Assembly (NCBI GenBank): GCA_947459525.1
Contig: CANHDW010000002.1
Location: 1-50,552 of the forward strand
Reading direction: 5' to 3'
Source: Candidatus Caenarcanales bacterium
GTDB lineage: Bacteria > Cyanobacteriota > Vampirovibrionia > LMEP-6097
Length of the DNA: 50,552 nucleotides
The position numbers were made by a program, and so were the translations under genes. Positions 1 to 9,075 of the stretch are shown piece after piece. Each line of letters opens with the position of its first letter. The first letter of the stretch is position 1. The notes under the pieces were generated by a model that saw only the letters and a program-made list of their open reading frames with translations, had not been told where the DNA came from and made no database searches.

Positions 1-150
1 ACCCACAACTGAATCACCCTCGAAATCACCAATGCGACTTCTTTGATTCGCTGCCTCTGGACGTTTATGAATACTCTTACGGTTTGGTATATTGCAGCCT
101 TTTCGTTTTAAACCACGCTGACTCTTCTTTTTACGCTTCGGGCGAGATTC
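1..150 (-). mobile_element. IS30-family transposase fragment; 5'-truncated, continues past the left window edge
   Basis: Minus-strand translation gives ...RPKRKKKSQRGLKRKGCNIPNRKSIHKRPEAANQRSRIGDFEGDSVVG. This matches the IS30-family signature I-x-x-RP-x(5)-R-x(3)-G-x-(W/F)-E-G-D that precedes the DDE core. The N-terminal HTH part is absent because the region upstream (above about 160) is occupied by another gene remnant. Confidence 0.5.
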
Positions 151-353
151 TAGGACGAGACGAATCCTGAAAAAAATGTTGAAGAATTTATCAATTTCCT
201 TCCAGTATTAGCCTATGATGGCAGCTCAATGAAGCAAATAGATGCAGCTGGAATTCTAGATATTGCAATGAGTGGTACTACTGCGACTCTTTTGGCGAGA
301 AGATGGGAAAGTGCTTTACTTGTTAACGTAGATAACAACACACTGGAAGACTG

Positions 354-878
354 ATGGCAAACCAAGATGCAATGAATGCATTAATGAATATTGAAGGATT
401 TAGAACTTTAAATCAAGAGATTGAAACTATTATTAATAAATCTGAAGCGGTCAAAAAAATAAAAAAAGATGCAAACAGCCAAGAATTTAGCGAAAAAGAA
501 AAAAAAGAGTTATCAACGGAAGAAAAAGAGTATAAAAGCCTTAGAAAGCAAATACAAGATAAATTAATTAAATTCGCTACTCGCATACCAGTGTTTATGT
601 ATCTTACAGATTATAGAGAAAAAAGCTTGAAAGATGTTATTACTCAAATTGAGCCTGGGCTTTTTAAAAAAGTGACTGGCTTGATGGTAAAAGACTTTCA
701 ACTGTTGGTCAGTCTTGGTGTTTTCAATTCTGCACTAATGAATGATGCTGTTTATAAATTTAAACGCTATGAAGATGCTAGTTTAGAATATATTGGAATT
801 AATAAACGTGAAGGAGAAGACATAGGACTTTATGATACAGTCCTTAGTCATGAAGACTACACAAATACAAAATTATAA
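354..878 (+). CDS. Hypothetical protein, probably the C-terminal remnant of a larger helicase/restriction-associated protein
   Basis: The ORF is 174 aa and Lys/Glu-rich. A second open frame (154..351, ...NVEEFINFLPVLAYDGSSMKQIDAAGILDIAMSGTTATLLARRWESALLVNVDNNTLED*) ends in TGATG overlapping this ATG. It abuts the IS30 fragment, so the gene looks split or decayed. The family assignment is from memory only. Confidence 0.35.
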   Translation: MANQDAMNALMNIEGFRTLNQEIETIINKSEAVKKIKKDANSQEFSEKEKKELSTEEKEYKSLRKQIQDKLIKFATRIPVFMYLTDYREKSLKDVITQIEPGLFKKVTGLMVKDFQLLVSLGVFNSALMNDAVYKFKRYEDASLEYIGINKREGEDIGLYDTVLSHEDYTNTKL

Positions 879-881
879 ACC

Positions 882-1874
882 CTAAAAACAAAAAGCCGAC
901 AGCGAAGCAATAACCACAACCGAAATAACCGTCAAGTAAATAGCAGCCTTTAAACCAAATGCCTGCTTATAAACAAAAACCGTAGTTAAATTCACAGAAG
1001 GACTAGCCGTCATAAAAGCAAGCACAGCTCCTATAGGCACTCCCATATTTAAAAATTCTTGGCTCATAGGAATATCCGCACCTGCACAAAAATAAAAAGG
1101 AAATGCGATCAGTGAGAAAATCCACGGCGATAAATATTTATTAGTTATCACAGCTCGAAAAGCAGTCAGGGATTCATAATTAAAATGAAGCAAGCTTGCA
1201 AGAGATACAGACAAAAGTATCCACGGTAAAAACTGTTTTATCGCAGCGACCAGATCCTCTCGTATATGTGCGAGGACTTCCGTCATCCCTAGTTTATGCT
1301 GATGGGACTGATCACCATCTTCAATTTCTACATTTCCATGATGATGATCAGTTTCACAACAATGTTCCTTGGACGATCCACCTGGAACTAATCTCAACGC
1401 AATAAAATCTGCAATTTTAGCTTCTCCGAAGAAAATGAAAACGTATGTAACTAAAACAGCAAAAGCTATCGCCATTAATAAACGATAGACACTAATCTCC
1501 AAGCCAAAAATTCCATAATTAAGGATTAAAGCTGGAACACTACAAGCATTTCCAGCAAGCAAAAAAGCTAAAATTATTTTCCAGTCAAGCTGCTTACGAT
1601 ACAGTCCTAGAGCAAGTGGAATCATTCCACAGGTGCAAATAGGAATTAATGCACCGAGAAAAGCTGAAACTAATATCATCAAAAAAAGACGTAATTGATA
1701 GCTTAAAAACCGTAAAATTTCCCAAGAAGAATTAGCTCCAGCTAAAGTAACTAATCCTATCTTTTCAAAATACCCATCTGGTAAATAAACTTCTATTAAA
1801 GATGAACAAATAACCGCAACAAAGAATACTGGAAGTATCTCAAGCAATATATGAATAAAATGCTCTATAAACAC
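882..1874 (-). CDS. Predicted permease (DUF318/ArsP-like family) with a His/Cys-rich loop
   Basis: Polytopic membrane protein with the motif LGALIPICTCGMIPLALGL typical of the PF03773-type permeases. The central loop is KEHCCETDHHHGNVEIEDGDQSHQHK. Confidence 0.6.
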   Translation of the reverse strand: MFIEHFIHILLEILPVFFVAVICSSLIEVYLPDGYFEKIGLVTLAGANSSWEILRFLSYQLRLFLMILVSAFLGALIPICTCGMIPLALGLYRKQLDWKIILAFLLAGNACSVPALILNYGIFGLEISVYRLLMAIAFAVLVTYVFIFFGEAKIADFIALRLVPGGSSKEHCCETDHHHGNVEIEDGDQSHQHKLGMTEVLAHIREDLVAAIKQFLPWILLSVSLASLLHFNYESLTAFRAVITNKYLSPWIFSLIAFPFYFCAGADIPMSQEFLNMGVPIGAVLAFMTASPSVNLTTVFVYKQAFGLKAAIYLTVISVVVIASLSAFCF

Positions 1875-1877
1875 GAA

Positions 1878-2663
1878 TTAATGATGTTCTGCATCATGTA
1901 CAAGATGCTCAGCATGCTGAACTGCGCCACCAATATAGACACAGGTAAGAATAGCAAATAGAAAAGCCTGTAATAAACCTACAAACATTTCAAAACCAAG
2001 AACTACTATGGGAATAACTAACGCTACTAAACCAATAAAAGTAGCGAGCAAAGTCTCACCAGCAACGGTATTTGCAAAAAGTCGCAGTGTTAAAGTAAGC
2101 GGGCGAATTAAAAGATCCATAAGCTCAATCAAACACATTAAATTTAAACTCAAACCTTTTTCTTTAGAAAAGTTAATCGGCAAGAACATTTGAATATACT
2201 TCCAACCACCGATCATGGCTCCAGCAGCAAAATAAATCACAACCACCAAGATAGAAATCGCAGCAGGAACATTAATATCAGCACAGGTACTAGCTCCATG
2301 CCAAATATGAGCATGTTCTTCACCATGACTTGGCAAGGTAGGCCACCAGTGGAAAAACTTACCTAACTGCCACGGTAGTAAACCAGCATAATAATTAACC
2401 AGAATAAAAATAAAAATACTTCCGATCAAAGGCACGAACTGATCGCCTCGTTTGCCAATTTGACCAGTAGTTAAAATTCTAAAAAAAGATACAACTGACT
2501 CTGCAAGATGCTCTTTCATGCCATATTTCGCAACTTCCTTCTGCAAAGAAGATCCTAGATAAGCTGCTACTACTAAAACCAAAGCCATCGTACCCCAAGC
2601 ATAATAGAGAGTGTCAAGATTGACCTGCTGTCCGAATATTTCACCTGTTATATGTTGAGTCAT
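1878..2663 (-). CDS. atpB: F-type ATP synthase F0 subunit a (chloroplast/cyanobacterial AtpI-like), orphan
   Basis: Contains LTLRLFANTVAGETLL, the essential Arg motif R-L-F-x-N-x-x-A-G-E. Also LLPW...ADINVPAAISILV, resembling cyanobacterial LLPWK...APTSDINTT. No c, b, delta, alpha, gamma, beta or epsilon subunit genes are adjacent. Confidence 0.8.
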   Translation of the reverse strand: MTQHITGEIFGQQVNLDTLYYAWGTMALVLVVAAYLGSSLQKEVAKYGMKEHLAESVVSFFRILTTGQIGKRGDQFVPLIGSIFIFILVNYYAGLLPWQLGKFFHWWPTLPSHGEEHAHIWHGASTCADINVPAAISILVVVIYFAAGAMIGGWKYIQMFLPINFSKEKGLSLNLMCLIELMDLLIRPLTLTLRLFANTVAGETLLATFIGLVALVIPIVVLGFEMFVGLLQAFLFAILTCVYIGGAVQHAEHLVHDAEHH

Positions 2664-2710
2664 AATAGTTTAAAGCGAGAGATAATTCAAAATATCTGAA
2701 AATCCCGAAA

Positions 2711-3742
2711 TCAGAATAAGATTATAGCAACTAGATATAGCAAATACAAAAAGCCCAGAAAAGTAAGTGTCGCAGCATGAACACGCTTAAATACTTTCAG
2801 AGAGAGCAAAAGAATAAAGGCTGAAAGTAAAGCTAAAACAAAACAGAACATAGTATGTGAATCCAAATTCCATGGAGTCAAACTTACACCTACGGCACAA
2901 GGAATAGCCGACTGGAAGACCATAGCTCCAGTGATATTTCCCATCGCAAGGCCATCTTTACCAGAACTCGCCCAGAACCAACTATTCACTTTTTCAGGAA
3001 GCTCAGTCGCTATAGGAGCAATAATTAAACTTAAAACAAGTGGACTTACATTCATCATCACCGAGGCTTCCTCTATAGAAATAATAAATCTGTGAGCAAA
3101 ATAAACTATGCCGAGTAATGAAAGTAGTACTTGAGCGATCATCCAAAATAAGTTCGATGGCAAACGAAAGCCCGCAACCGCAACACTAGAAATATACAAG
3201 GCATCAACTCCATCAGCATCTTCCTCACTATGATGATGGTTAGCCCCCTCTCTTAAAGTAGTCACAAAATATGTCACATAAATTCCTAGAAGTATTACCG
3301 TAAAAACTATTTTAGATGTCGCATCTGGAAAAAGAGTAGCTAACATGGCTACAGATAAAGCGATTATAAAATACATCAAATCTTTACTAATATGACCATG
3401 AGCTGCTCTTAGATTTAAGTCTTGTCTTTTTTTATAATTTACTAATATTGCTAAGCCTAAAAGAGCCATAGCTAAGGTAGATAAGAGAAAAGGTGCACCA
3501 ACAATAGATCCTATAGCTATATCAGTCTTCGGATCACCATGAGCAGAGCCTGCTAAAAATATAGCGATAATAGGTAAAAGCGTTTCAGGTAAAGCTGTTC
3601 CAATAGCAGCAAGTAAACTTCCAACAACTTGTTCACCTAATTTCAGGCGAACTCCAATATTTTCTACTGCATTAGTGAACCACAAGCAGACAAATAAAAT
3701 AGCTGCAAGCAGCAGAATAATTTTTCCAATAACAATGATCAT
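2711..3742 (-). CDS. Ca2+/Na+ antiporter (CaCA / YrbG family)
   Basis: Two alpha-repeat motifs (AIGTALPETL and IATELPEKV) in a protein with about 10 TM segments. Central hydrophilic loop REGANHHHSEEDADGVD. Confidence 0.8.
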   Translation of the reverse strand: MIIVIGKIILLLAAILFVCLWFTNAVENIGVRLKLGEQVVGSLLAAIGTALPETLLPIIAIFLAGSAHGDPKTDIAIGSIVGAPFLLSTLAMALLGLAILVNYKKRQDLNLRAAHGHISKDLMYFIIALSVAMLATLFPDATSKIVFTVILLGIYVTYFVTTLREGANHHHSEEDADGVDALYISSVAVAGFRLPSNLFWMIAQVLLSLLGIVYFAHRFIISIEEASVMMNVSPLVLSLIIAPIATELPEKVNSWFWASSGKDGLAMGNITGAMVFQSAIPCAVGVSLTPWNLDSHTMFCFVLALLSAFILLLSLKVFKRVHAATLTFLGFLYLLYLVAIILF

Positions 3743-3744
3743 AT

Positions 3745-4545
3745 TTAATTACCTTTCTCAGAAACCTCTAGTAGAGACTCTTTCTCTAATTCTTCAAAGC
3801 ACTCCACAGCCACTGGAAAAACTCTTTTAACTAGCTGCATTCCAGCTTTAGCATACTGCTGTATCTCCCACTGAGCTTCTTTTGGAGCTCTAAGATTATA
3901 CCAATGCATAAAATTTCTTAAATTAACCGTAGTAATAAACTCCGTATGTGAACCCACTGGAAGCACTCCACGAGCCTGCTCCCTACATACTCCTAGCTCT
4001 ATTAATTTATTATATGCATCTATAGCCGTTTTAGCAGCGTTATCGTATATTTCACCTGCAAAAGCCTGATCTAGGCTATCACTAGCTTTTACGCTGGCCT
4101 GTTTATTCGTCTCAGCCTGCTCTCTAAATTCATCTGGTCTATAAATAGTGTTATCAAATTTCGTGTATCTCGCACTGATTTCATTGAAAACCCAGCATCT
4201 ATGCTTCATCCACTGACGAGCAATATAGATAGGACACTTAACTCTAAAAGTAATGGAATTTTGCTCGAATGGCGTCCAATGTCTATGCTTCGCTAAAAAT
4301 TTTATTAGCTTTTTATCTTTTTCCTCAAATTCCGCAGAATACTTATTATAAGAGACTCTTGCTGAGTTCACGATAGATAAATCACCACCCATCGAATCCA
4401 TAAGCTCCATATAGCCAAGCGAGCCTAAATCAGCTTTATCCTCAACAATAACAATATTATCTTTTTCAAGAGTGTCTGCCATAAAGAAACATTCTAACAA
4501 GTGATAGCCCTGCAGGAAGGTAAAAATTTTCCAAAATGATATCAA
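3745..4545 (-). CDS. thyX: FAD-dependent thymidylate synthase ThyX
   Basis: ThyX motif region WMKHRCWVFNEISARY (RHR...S.RY). The true start is probably the internal Met at 4482 (MADTLEKDN...). Confidence 0.9.
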   Translation of the reverse strand: MISFWKIFTFLQGYHLLECFFMADTLEKDNIVIVEDKADLGSLGYMELMDSMGGDLSIVNSARVSYNKYSAEFEEKDKKLIKFLAKHRHWTPFEQNSITFRVKCPIYIARQWMKHRCWVFNEISARYTKFDNTIYRPDEFREQAETNKQASVKASDSLDQAFAGEIYDNAAKTAIDAYNKLIELGVCREQARGVLPVGSHTEFITTVNLRNFMHWYNLRAPKEAQWEIQQYAKAGMQLVKRVFPVAVECFEELEKESLLEVSEKGN

Positions 4546-4588
4546 TTTACAGAAATAATAAGAAAAAAATTAAACTCACTCGATACCA

Positions 4589-4617
4589 TTGCAGAAGCAT
4601 AGGGAGCTTGCTAAGAT
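4589..4617 (+). promoter_or_regulatory. Putative sigma70-type promoter for the 5S rRNA
   Basis: TTGCAG (4589-4594), a 17-nt spacer, then TAAGAT (4612-4617). The predicted start is about 7 nt downstream and coincides with the first base of 5S helix I. Confidence 0.4.
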
Positions 4618-4623
4618 ATTAAA

Positions 4624-4739
4624 TCTAGCGTTCCAAGCGACTGAATCACACTCGTTCCCATCCCGAACACGACAGTTAAGGCAGTTTGCGGTGACAATAC
4701 TTGGCTGGAGACGGCCTGGAAAGATAGCTAAACGCTAGA
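4624..4739 (+). rRNA. rrf: 5S ribosomal RNA, not linked to a 23S gene
   Basis: 116 nt. Helix I pairs TCTAGCGTT (5' end) with AACGCTAGA (3' end). Contains the universal 5S core GTTCCCATCCCGAACACGACAGTTAAG. Confidence 0.9.
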
Positions 4740-4752
4740 CTCTATTTTAATG

Positions 4753-4785
4753 AAAAAAGGAAGCACTGTTGCTTCCTTTTTTTTC
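4753..4785 (+). terminator. Rho-independent terminator after the 5S rRNA
   Basis: Stem GGAAGCA / TGCTTCC with loop CTGT, followed by T8. Confidence 0.75.
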
Positions 4786-4836
4786 ACTTTATTCTAAAGC
4801 CAGCTAGAGAAGCCGCTTTCTATATGATTTCAAAAT

Positions 4837-4875
4837 GGGATTGTTCACGATCTTTTATTTCTGCGTTTTCGTCCC
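4837..4875 (+). repeat. Solo head fragment of the dispersed repeat family
   Basis: GGGATTGTTCACGATCTTTTATTTCTGCGTTTTCGTCCC. Compare GGGACTGCCCACAATCTTCAATTTCTGCGTTTTCGTCGTCC at 20023. Confidence 0.6.
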
Positions 4876-4882
4876 ATTGAAT

Positions 4883-4913
4883 AAAAAAGGAGATTGTCTC
4901 AAAGACAATCTCC
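4883..4913 (-). terminator. Rho-independent terminator after pnp
   Basis: Minus strand reads GGAGATTGTC-TTTGA-GACAATCTCC followed by TTTTTT. Confidence 0.75.
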
Positions 4914-4942
4914 TACCTTCTTTAAATATTAATATCTTTAAT

Positions 4943-7087
4943 CTAAGCCACTGGCTCTTCAGCTCTCTGAGTATTTTCCAGTAAAGCCTTGATTGATAAA
5001 GACATTCTACCTTTAAAATCTAGACCTTGAACTAAAACTTTAGTCTTATCTCCAACCTTAAAGAATTCATGAACATCATCAACTCTCTCAAGTGCGATCT
5101 GAGAAATATGAACTAAACCACTAACGCCTGGTATTAACTCAACGATAACGCCAACACCATCTAGGACTTTAACGACTTCGCCTTCCCATATTTCACCCTG
5201 CTTAGCACCCTCGGCATTTACCGTAACGTACTTTTTCGCAAGATTCGCAGCTTCTTCAGACACACAGTAAACACAGACAGTTCCATCATCAGTGATATTG
5301 ATCTCAGTACCAGTAACTTCTGTAATCCACTTAATGTTTTTACCACCAGAGCCGATAACTGCACCGATTTTATCTGGATCAATTTTAAATGAAACGATTC
5401 TCGGAGCATTCGCTCTAAGAACCTCTCTTGGAGCTGCTATCACCGCTGTCATCGCAGATAAAATATGTAATCTACCTTCTCTTGCTTGTTTAATAGCTGT
5501 TCTAATGATTTCTAGTGATATTCCTTTAATCTTAATATCCATTTGTAAAGCCGAGATACCCTTATCATTACCCGCTACTTTAAAGTCCATATCGCCAAGG
5601 AAGTCCTCTAATTCATGAATATCAGTAAGAACCACAGTGCTCGCTTCCTCTTTAATAAGACCCATAGCGATACCTGCTACTGGAGTAGTTACTGGAACGC
5701 CAGCATCCATTAAAGCAAGTGAACTTGCGCAGGTAGCTGCCATAGAAGTAGATCCACTAGATTCAAGGACTTCTGAAACGACTCTCATCGCATAAGGGAA
5801 ATCTTCTCTCTTTGGTAGTGATGGCTGGACAGCCCTTTCAGCAAGAGCACCGTGACCTATTTCTCTACGACCAGGTCCTCTGTTTGGCTTAGCCTCTCCT
5901 ACTGACCAACCTGGGAAATTATAGTTATGCATATAGAATTTCTGTGTCTCTGAATCTATACCATCTAATGATCTCGCTAATTTTTCTGTACCTAAAACAA
6001 GTAAAGCCAGAACTTGAGTATTACCTCTTGTGAAAAGACCATCACCATGAACTCCTGGATAAGAACCCACCTCGATGTCGAGTTGTCTTATCTCTGTATT
6101 TTTTCTAGCATCGGCTCTCACACCAGTTTCCGTGATCTGCTTGCGTAAAAGTTTTTTCTCTAATTTTTTCAATTGTGCAGATAGTTCATGCGGGTTATCT
6201 AAAAGATATTCATGAAGCTCATCATCTTCTGCTAAAGCGTCTAACGCTGCATCTACCTTCTCTTGAGCTTTAGCTACCCACGCTCTTCTAGATTCTTTAT
6301 TAGCATTCTGCATAGATTCAATTAAATCTTTTTTAGCGTGCGTTTCAAGTATCTCTATCAATTTAGAATTAGGTTCTGGATTAATAAATTCTTCTTTAGT
6401 CACACCAACTTCTTTGGCAAATTCCCTAATTACTGCAACTTGTTCTTGAATACGAGCGTGAGCATAAGCTATAGCATCAACCACTTTATCGTCTTCAACG
6501 AAATTAGCCCCAGCCTCTACCATCATTACAGAATCCTCTGTACCAGCGACGACTATATCCAAAGGAGAGCTAAGAGTCTCTTCCTCAGATGGATTCACAA
6601 TAAAATTAGCATCCGCGTCTAGAGATATTCTCACAGCACCAACCTCACCAGCAACAGGCAAACCAGACAATTCTAAAGCAAAACCAACACCTAACATCGC
6701 AAGGGTATCTGGCGGGCATAACTGATCAACAGATAAAGTCATTACGTTTACTTGAACTTCATACCTGTAAGCATCTGGGAAAAGGGGTCTTATCGGTCTA
6801 TCTATTAGACGAGAGGTAAGAACCGCTTTATCACTAGCTCTTCCTTCTCTTCTGTTATAACTACCAGGTATTCTACCTACTGAATAAATTTTCTCTTCAA
6901 AGTCAACCATTAAAGGGAAGTAATCTAATTCTTTTTTAGCTTTCTCAGATTTAGTTACAGTAACAAGAAGAATAGTATTTCCACTTCTGATCTGCACTGC
7001 TGCTGTCGCTTGGCGAGCAAGCTTACCAGTCGAGACCTCTATCTCTTTTCCAGCTATAGTAAATTTTTTCTTCTTCTCATTAAACAT
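4943..7087 (-). CDS. pnp: Polyribonucleotide nucleotidyltransferase (PNPase)
   Basis: 714 aa with two RNase PH domains, then KH and S1 domains. Typical motifs FPLMVDFEEK and GDMDFKVAG. Confidence 0.97.
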   Translation of the reverse strand: MFNEKKKKFTIAGKEIEVSTGKLARQATAAVQIRSGNTILLVTVTKSEKAKKELDYFPLMVDFEEKIYSVGRIPGSYNRREGRASDKAVLTSRLIDRPIRPLFPDAYRYEVQVNVMTLSVDQLCPPDTLAMLGVGFALELSGLPVAGEVGAVRISLDADANFIVNPSEEETLSSPLDIVVAGTEDSVMMVEAGANFVEDDKVVDAIAYAHARIQEQVAVIREFAKEVGVTKEEFINPEPNSKLIEILETHAKKDLIESMQNANKESRRAWVAKAQEKVDAALDALAEDDELHEYLLDNPHELSAQLKKLEKKLLRKQITETGVRADARKNTEIRQLDIEVGSYPGVHGDGLFTRGNTQVLALLVLGTEKLARSLDGIDSETQKFYMHNYNFPGWSVGEAKPNRGPGRREIGHGALAERAVQPSLPKREDFPYAMRVVSEVLESSGSTSMAATCASSLALMDAGVPVTTPVAGIAMGLIKEEASTVVLTDIHELEDFLGDMDFKVAGNDKGISALQMDIKIKGISLEIIRTAIKQAREGRLHILSAMTAVIAAPREVLRANAPRIVSFKIDPDKIGAVIGSGGKNIKWITEVTGTEINITDDGTVCVYCVSEEAANLAKKYVTVNAEGAKQGEIWEGEVVKVLDGVGVIVELIPGVSGLVHISQIALERVDDVHEFFKVGDKTKVLVQGLDFKGRMSLSIKALLENTQRAEEPVA

Positions 7088-7305
7088 ATATTATTCCTTC
7101 TCTCTTGATTATTTTCTGATTTTACCTATCTTTGAAACAGGCATTCACAAAAACCATAGCAAGTCTAGAAAACAAGAATCAAGAAAAGCACATGGCTCAA
7201 TGCTAAAGCCTCATTAAATAATAACCCATAAGTATCTCACAGATTAAGGAGATTTTCTAAACTCTGTATTTTAAAGCTAGAAACAAAAAATAAACGATAA
7301 ACAAA

Positions 7306-7572
7306 TTATTTACGTAAGTTAAGCTCAGCGATTAATTCACGATATCTCTTAACATCTCTTCTCTCTATGTACGAAAGAAGCCTTTTCCTACGTCCAACAA
7401 GCTTAAGTAGTCCTCTTTTAGTGGAATAGTCTTTTTTATTAGCCTTCAGATGCTCTGTAAGGCCAATGATTCTTGTCGTCAATAGAGCTACTTGTACCGC
7501 ATCTCTACCAGTGTCAGTCTCATTAAGACCGAATTTCACTACAATATTTTTCTTTTCTTCTTTGTTAGACAT
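7306..7572 (-). CDS. rpsO: 30S ribosomal protein S15
   Basis: 88 aa with TEHLKANKKDYSTKRGLLKLVGRRKRLLSYI. Shows the classic rpsO-pnp linkage. Confidence 0.95.
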   Translation of the reverse strand: MSNKEEKKNIVVKFGLNETDTGRDAVQVALLTTRIIGLTEHLKANKKDYSTKRGLLKLVGRRKRLLSYIERRDVKRYRELIAELNLRK

Positions 7573-7658
7573 TATATGGAATCATCCCTATTTTTAAAAC
7601 AGACGAATTAATATGATAGCACATGAATGCCAATAAATGTTAAGATTTAATATAAGCA

Positions 7659-9065
7659 TTGCAAAAAGCAGACACTAATTTCAAAGAACTACTGAGGAAA
7701 TACGGTGGAGCAATACCTCGTTACACGAGCTATCCTACAGCTCCAGAGTGGAAAACGCCTTATACTAGAACCGCCTTTGAGACTGCGATTGAAGCTTCAA
7801 ATATCGGAAATAATAATTATTCTTTATACCTTCACCTACCTTTCTGCGAAAGTCAGTGTTATTACTGTGCTTGCAATATCATCATAAGCAAGAAGCATGA
7901 AATCAGTAAATCTTACATAAAGCGCATCAAAGAAGAGATTGAGTATATAGGTGAAAAAATCTCACCTGAACGAAAAGTCATACAAATGGCTTGGGGCGGG
8001 GGTACTCCAACATTTCTGCACCCTGATGAGTTAGAAGAAATTTATGAACACCTTGCTAAATATTTTAATCTTTTAGATAAAGCTGATGAGCCATTTTTTA
8101 ACCACGAATATTCTATTGAGATAGACCCAAGAGTCACAAGCAATGAGCACCTAAAAACTCTATCCAGGCTAGGTTTTAATCGACTCAGCATGGGAGTACA
8201 AGATTTTAATGAAAAAACTCAAGAAGCTATCAATCGTATTCAGACATATGAATCAGTAGAAAATATGCTAAACATTGCTCGTGATAATAATTTCAGTAGC
8301 GTTAATTTTGATTTAATTTATGGCTTACCACATCAGAATTTAGAAACATTTAAAAAAACTATTGAGCAAGTCATAAAACTATCACCAGAAAGAATTGCGC
8401 TCTTTAATTATGCTCACATACCAGATTTTTTCCCGTTTCAGAAAAAATACATTGAAGAAGAGACACTGCCAGACCAAAAAACCAAATTAGAGATATTTGA
8501 ATTTGCGATGAGATCTTTTATTGCAGAAGGTTATGAATTCATAGGCTTAGATCATTTTGCAAGACCCGAAGATGAACTCTCTAAAGCTCACAAGAACAAA
8601 AAACTTTATCGCAATTTTCAGGGTTACACCACTCATGATGGCTGCGATCTATTCGGCATAGGACTAACTGCCATATCCTCTGTCCAAGGAACTTACAAGC
8701 AAAATAAAAAAAAATTAAGTGAATATTACAATGACGAAGAGCCTTTTGCCGCAGAAAAATTTTTCATTTCCGATATGCAAGATATTGAACGCAAAGAAAT
8801 TATTAAAGAGATAATGTGCCATTTTTATACTGAACTAGATTATGAAAAATATAAAGAAGAATATTATTTATTAGAATCTTTTACTCAAGATGGCTTAATT
8901 GAACTTAATCATGTCGTACCTAACGAAAATCATCTTGACAGTAATAAAAAGTTTTCCATTACCGTAACTGAGCTTGGACGCCTATTTGTGCGTAATATCG
9001 CAAGTGTTTTTGACTATTACCTAAAGCAAAAAAATGCCCATAAGCTTTTCTCTAAATCACTTTAA
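7659..9065 (+). CDS. hemN: Oxygen-independent coproporphyrinogen III oxidase (radical SAM, HemN)
   Basis: Motifs PRYTSYPTAPEW, CESQCYYCAC (CxxxCxxC) and a HemN C-terminal domain. Confidence 0.9.
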   Translation: MQKADTNFKELLRKYGGAIPRYTSYPTAPEWKTPYTRTAFETAIEASNIGNNNYSLYLHLPFCESQCYYCACNIIISKKHEISKSYIKRIKEEIEYIGEKISPERKVIQMAWGGGTPTFLHPDELEEIYEHLAKYFNLLDKADEPFFNHEYSIEIDPRVTSNEHLKTLSRLGFNRLSMGVQDFNEKTQEAINRIQTYESVENMLNIARDNNFSSVNFDLIYGLPHQNLETFKKTIEQVIKLSPERIALFNYAHIPDFFPFQKKYIEEETLPDQKTKLEIFEFAMRSFIAEGYEFIGLDHFARPEDELSKAHKNKKLYRNFQGYTTHDGCDLFGIGLTAISSVQGTYKQNKKKLSEYYNDEEPFAAEKFFISDMQDIERKEIIKEIMCHFYTELDYEKYKEEYYLLESFTQDGLIELNHVVPNENHLDSNKKFSITVTELGRLFVRNIASVFDYYLKQKNAHKLFSKSL

Positions 9066-9075
9066 GATGACAAAA

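Noticed and set aside
5218-6622. Short ORFs 5218..5409, 5292..5618 and 6338..6622 inside or antisense to pnp
   Set aside because: They are fully embedded in the strongly supported pnp gene and have low-complexity, hydrophobic shadow-frame compositions.
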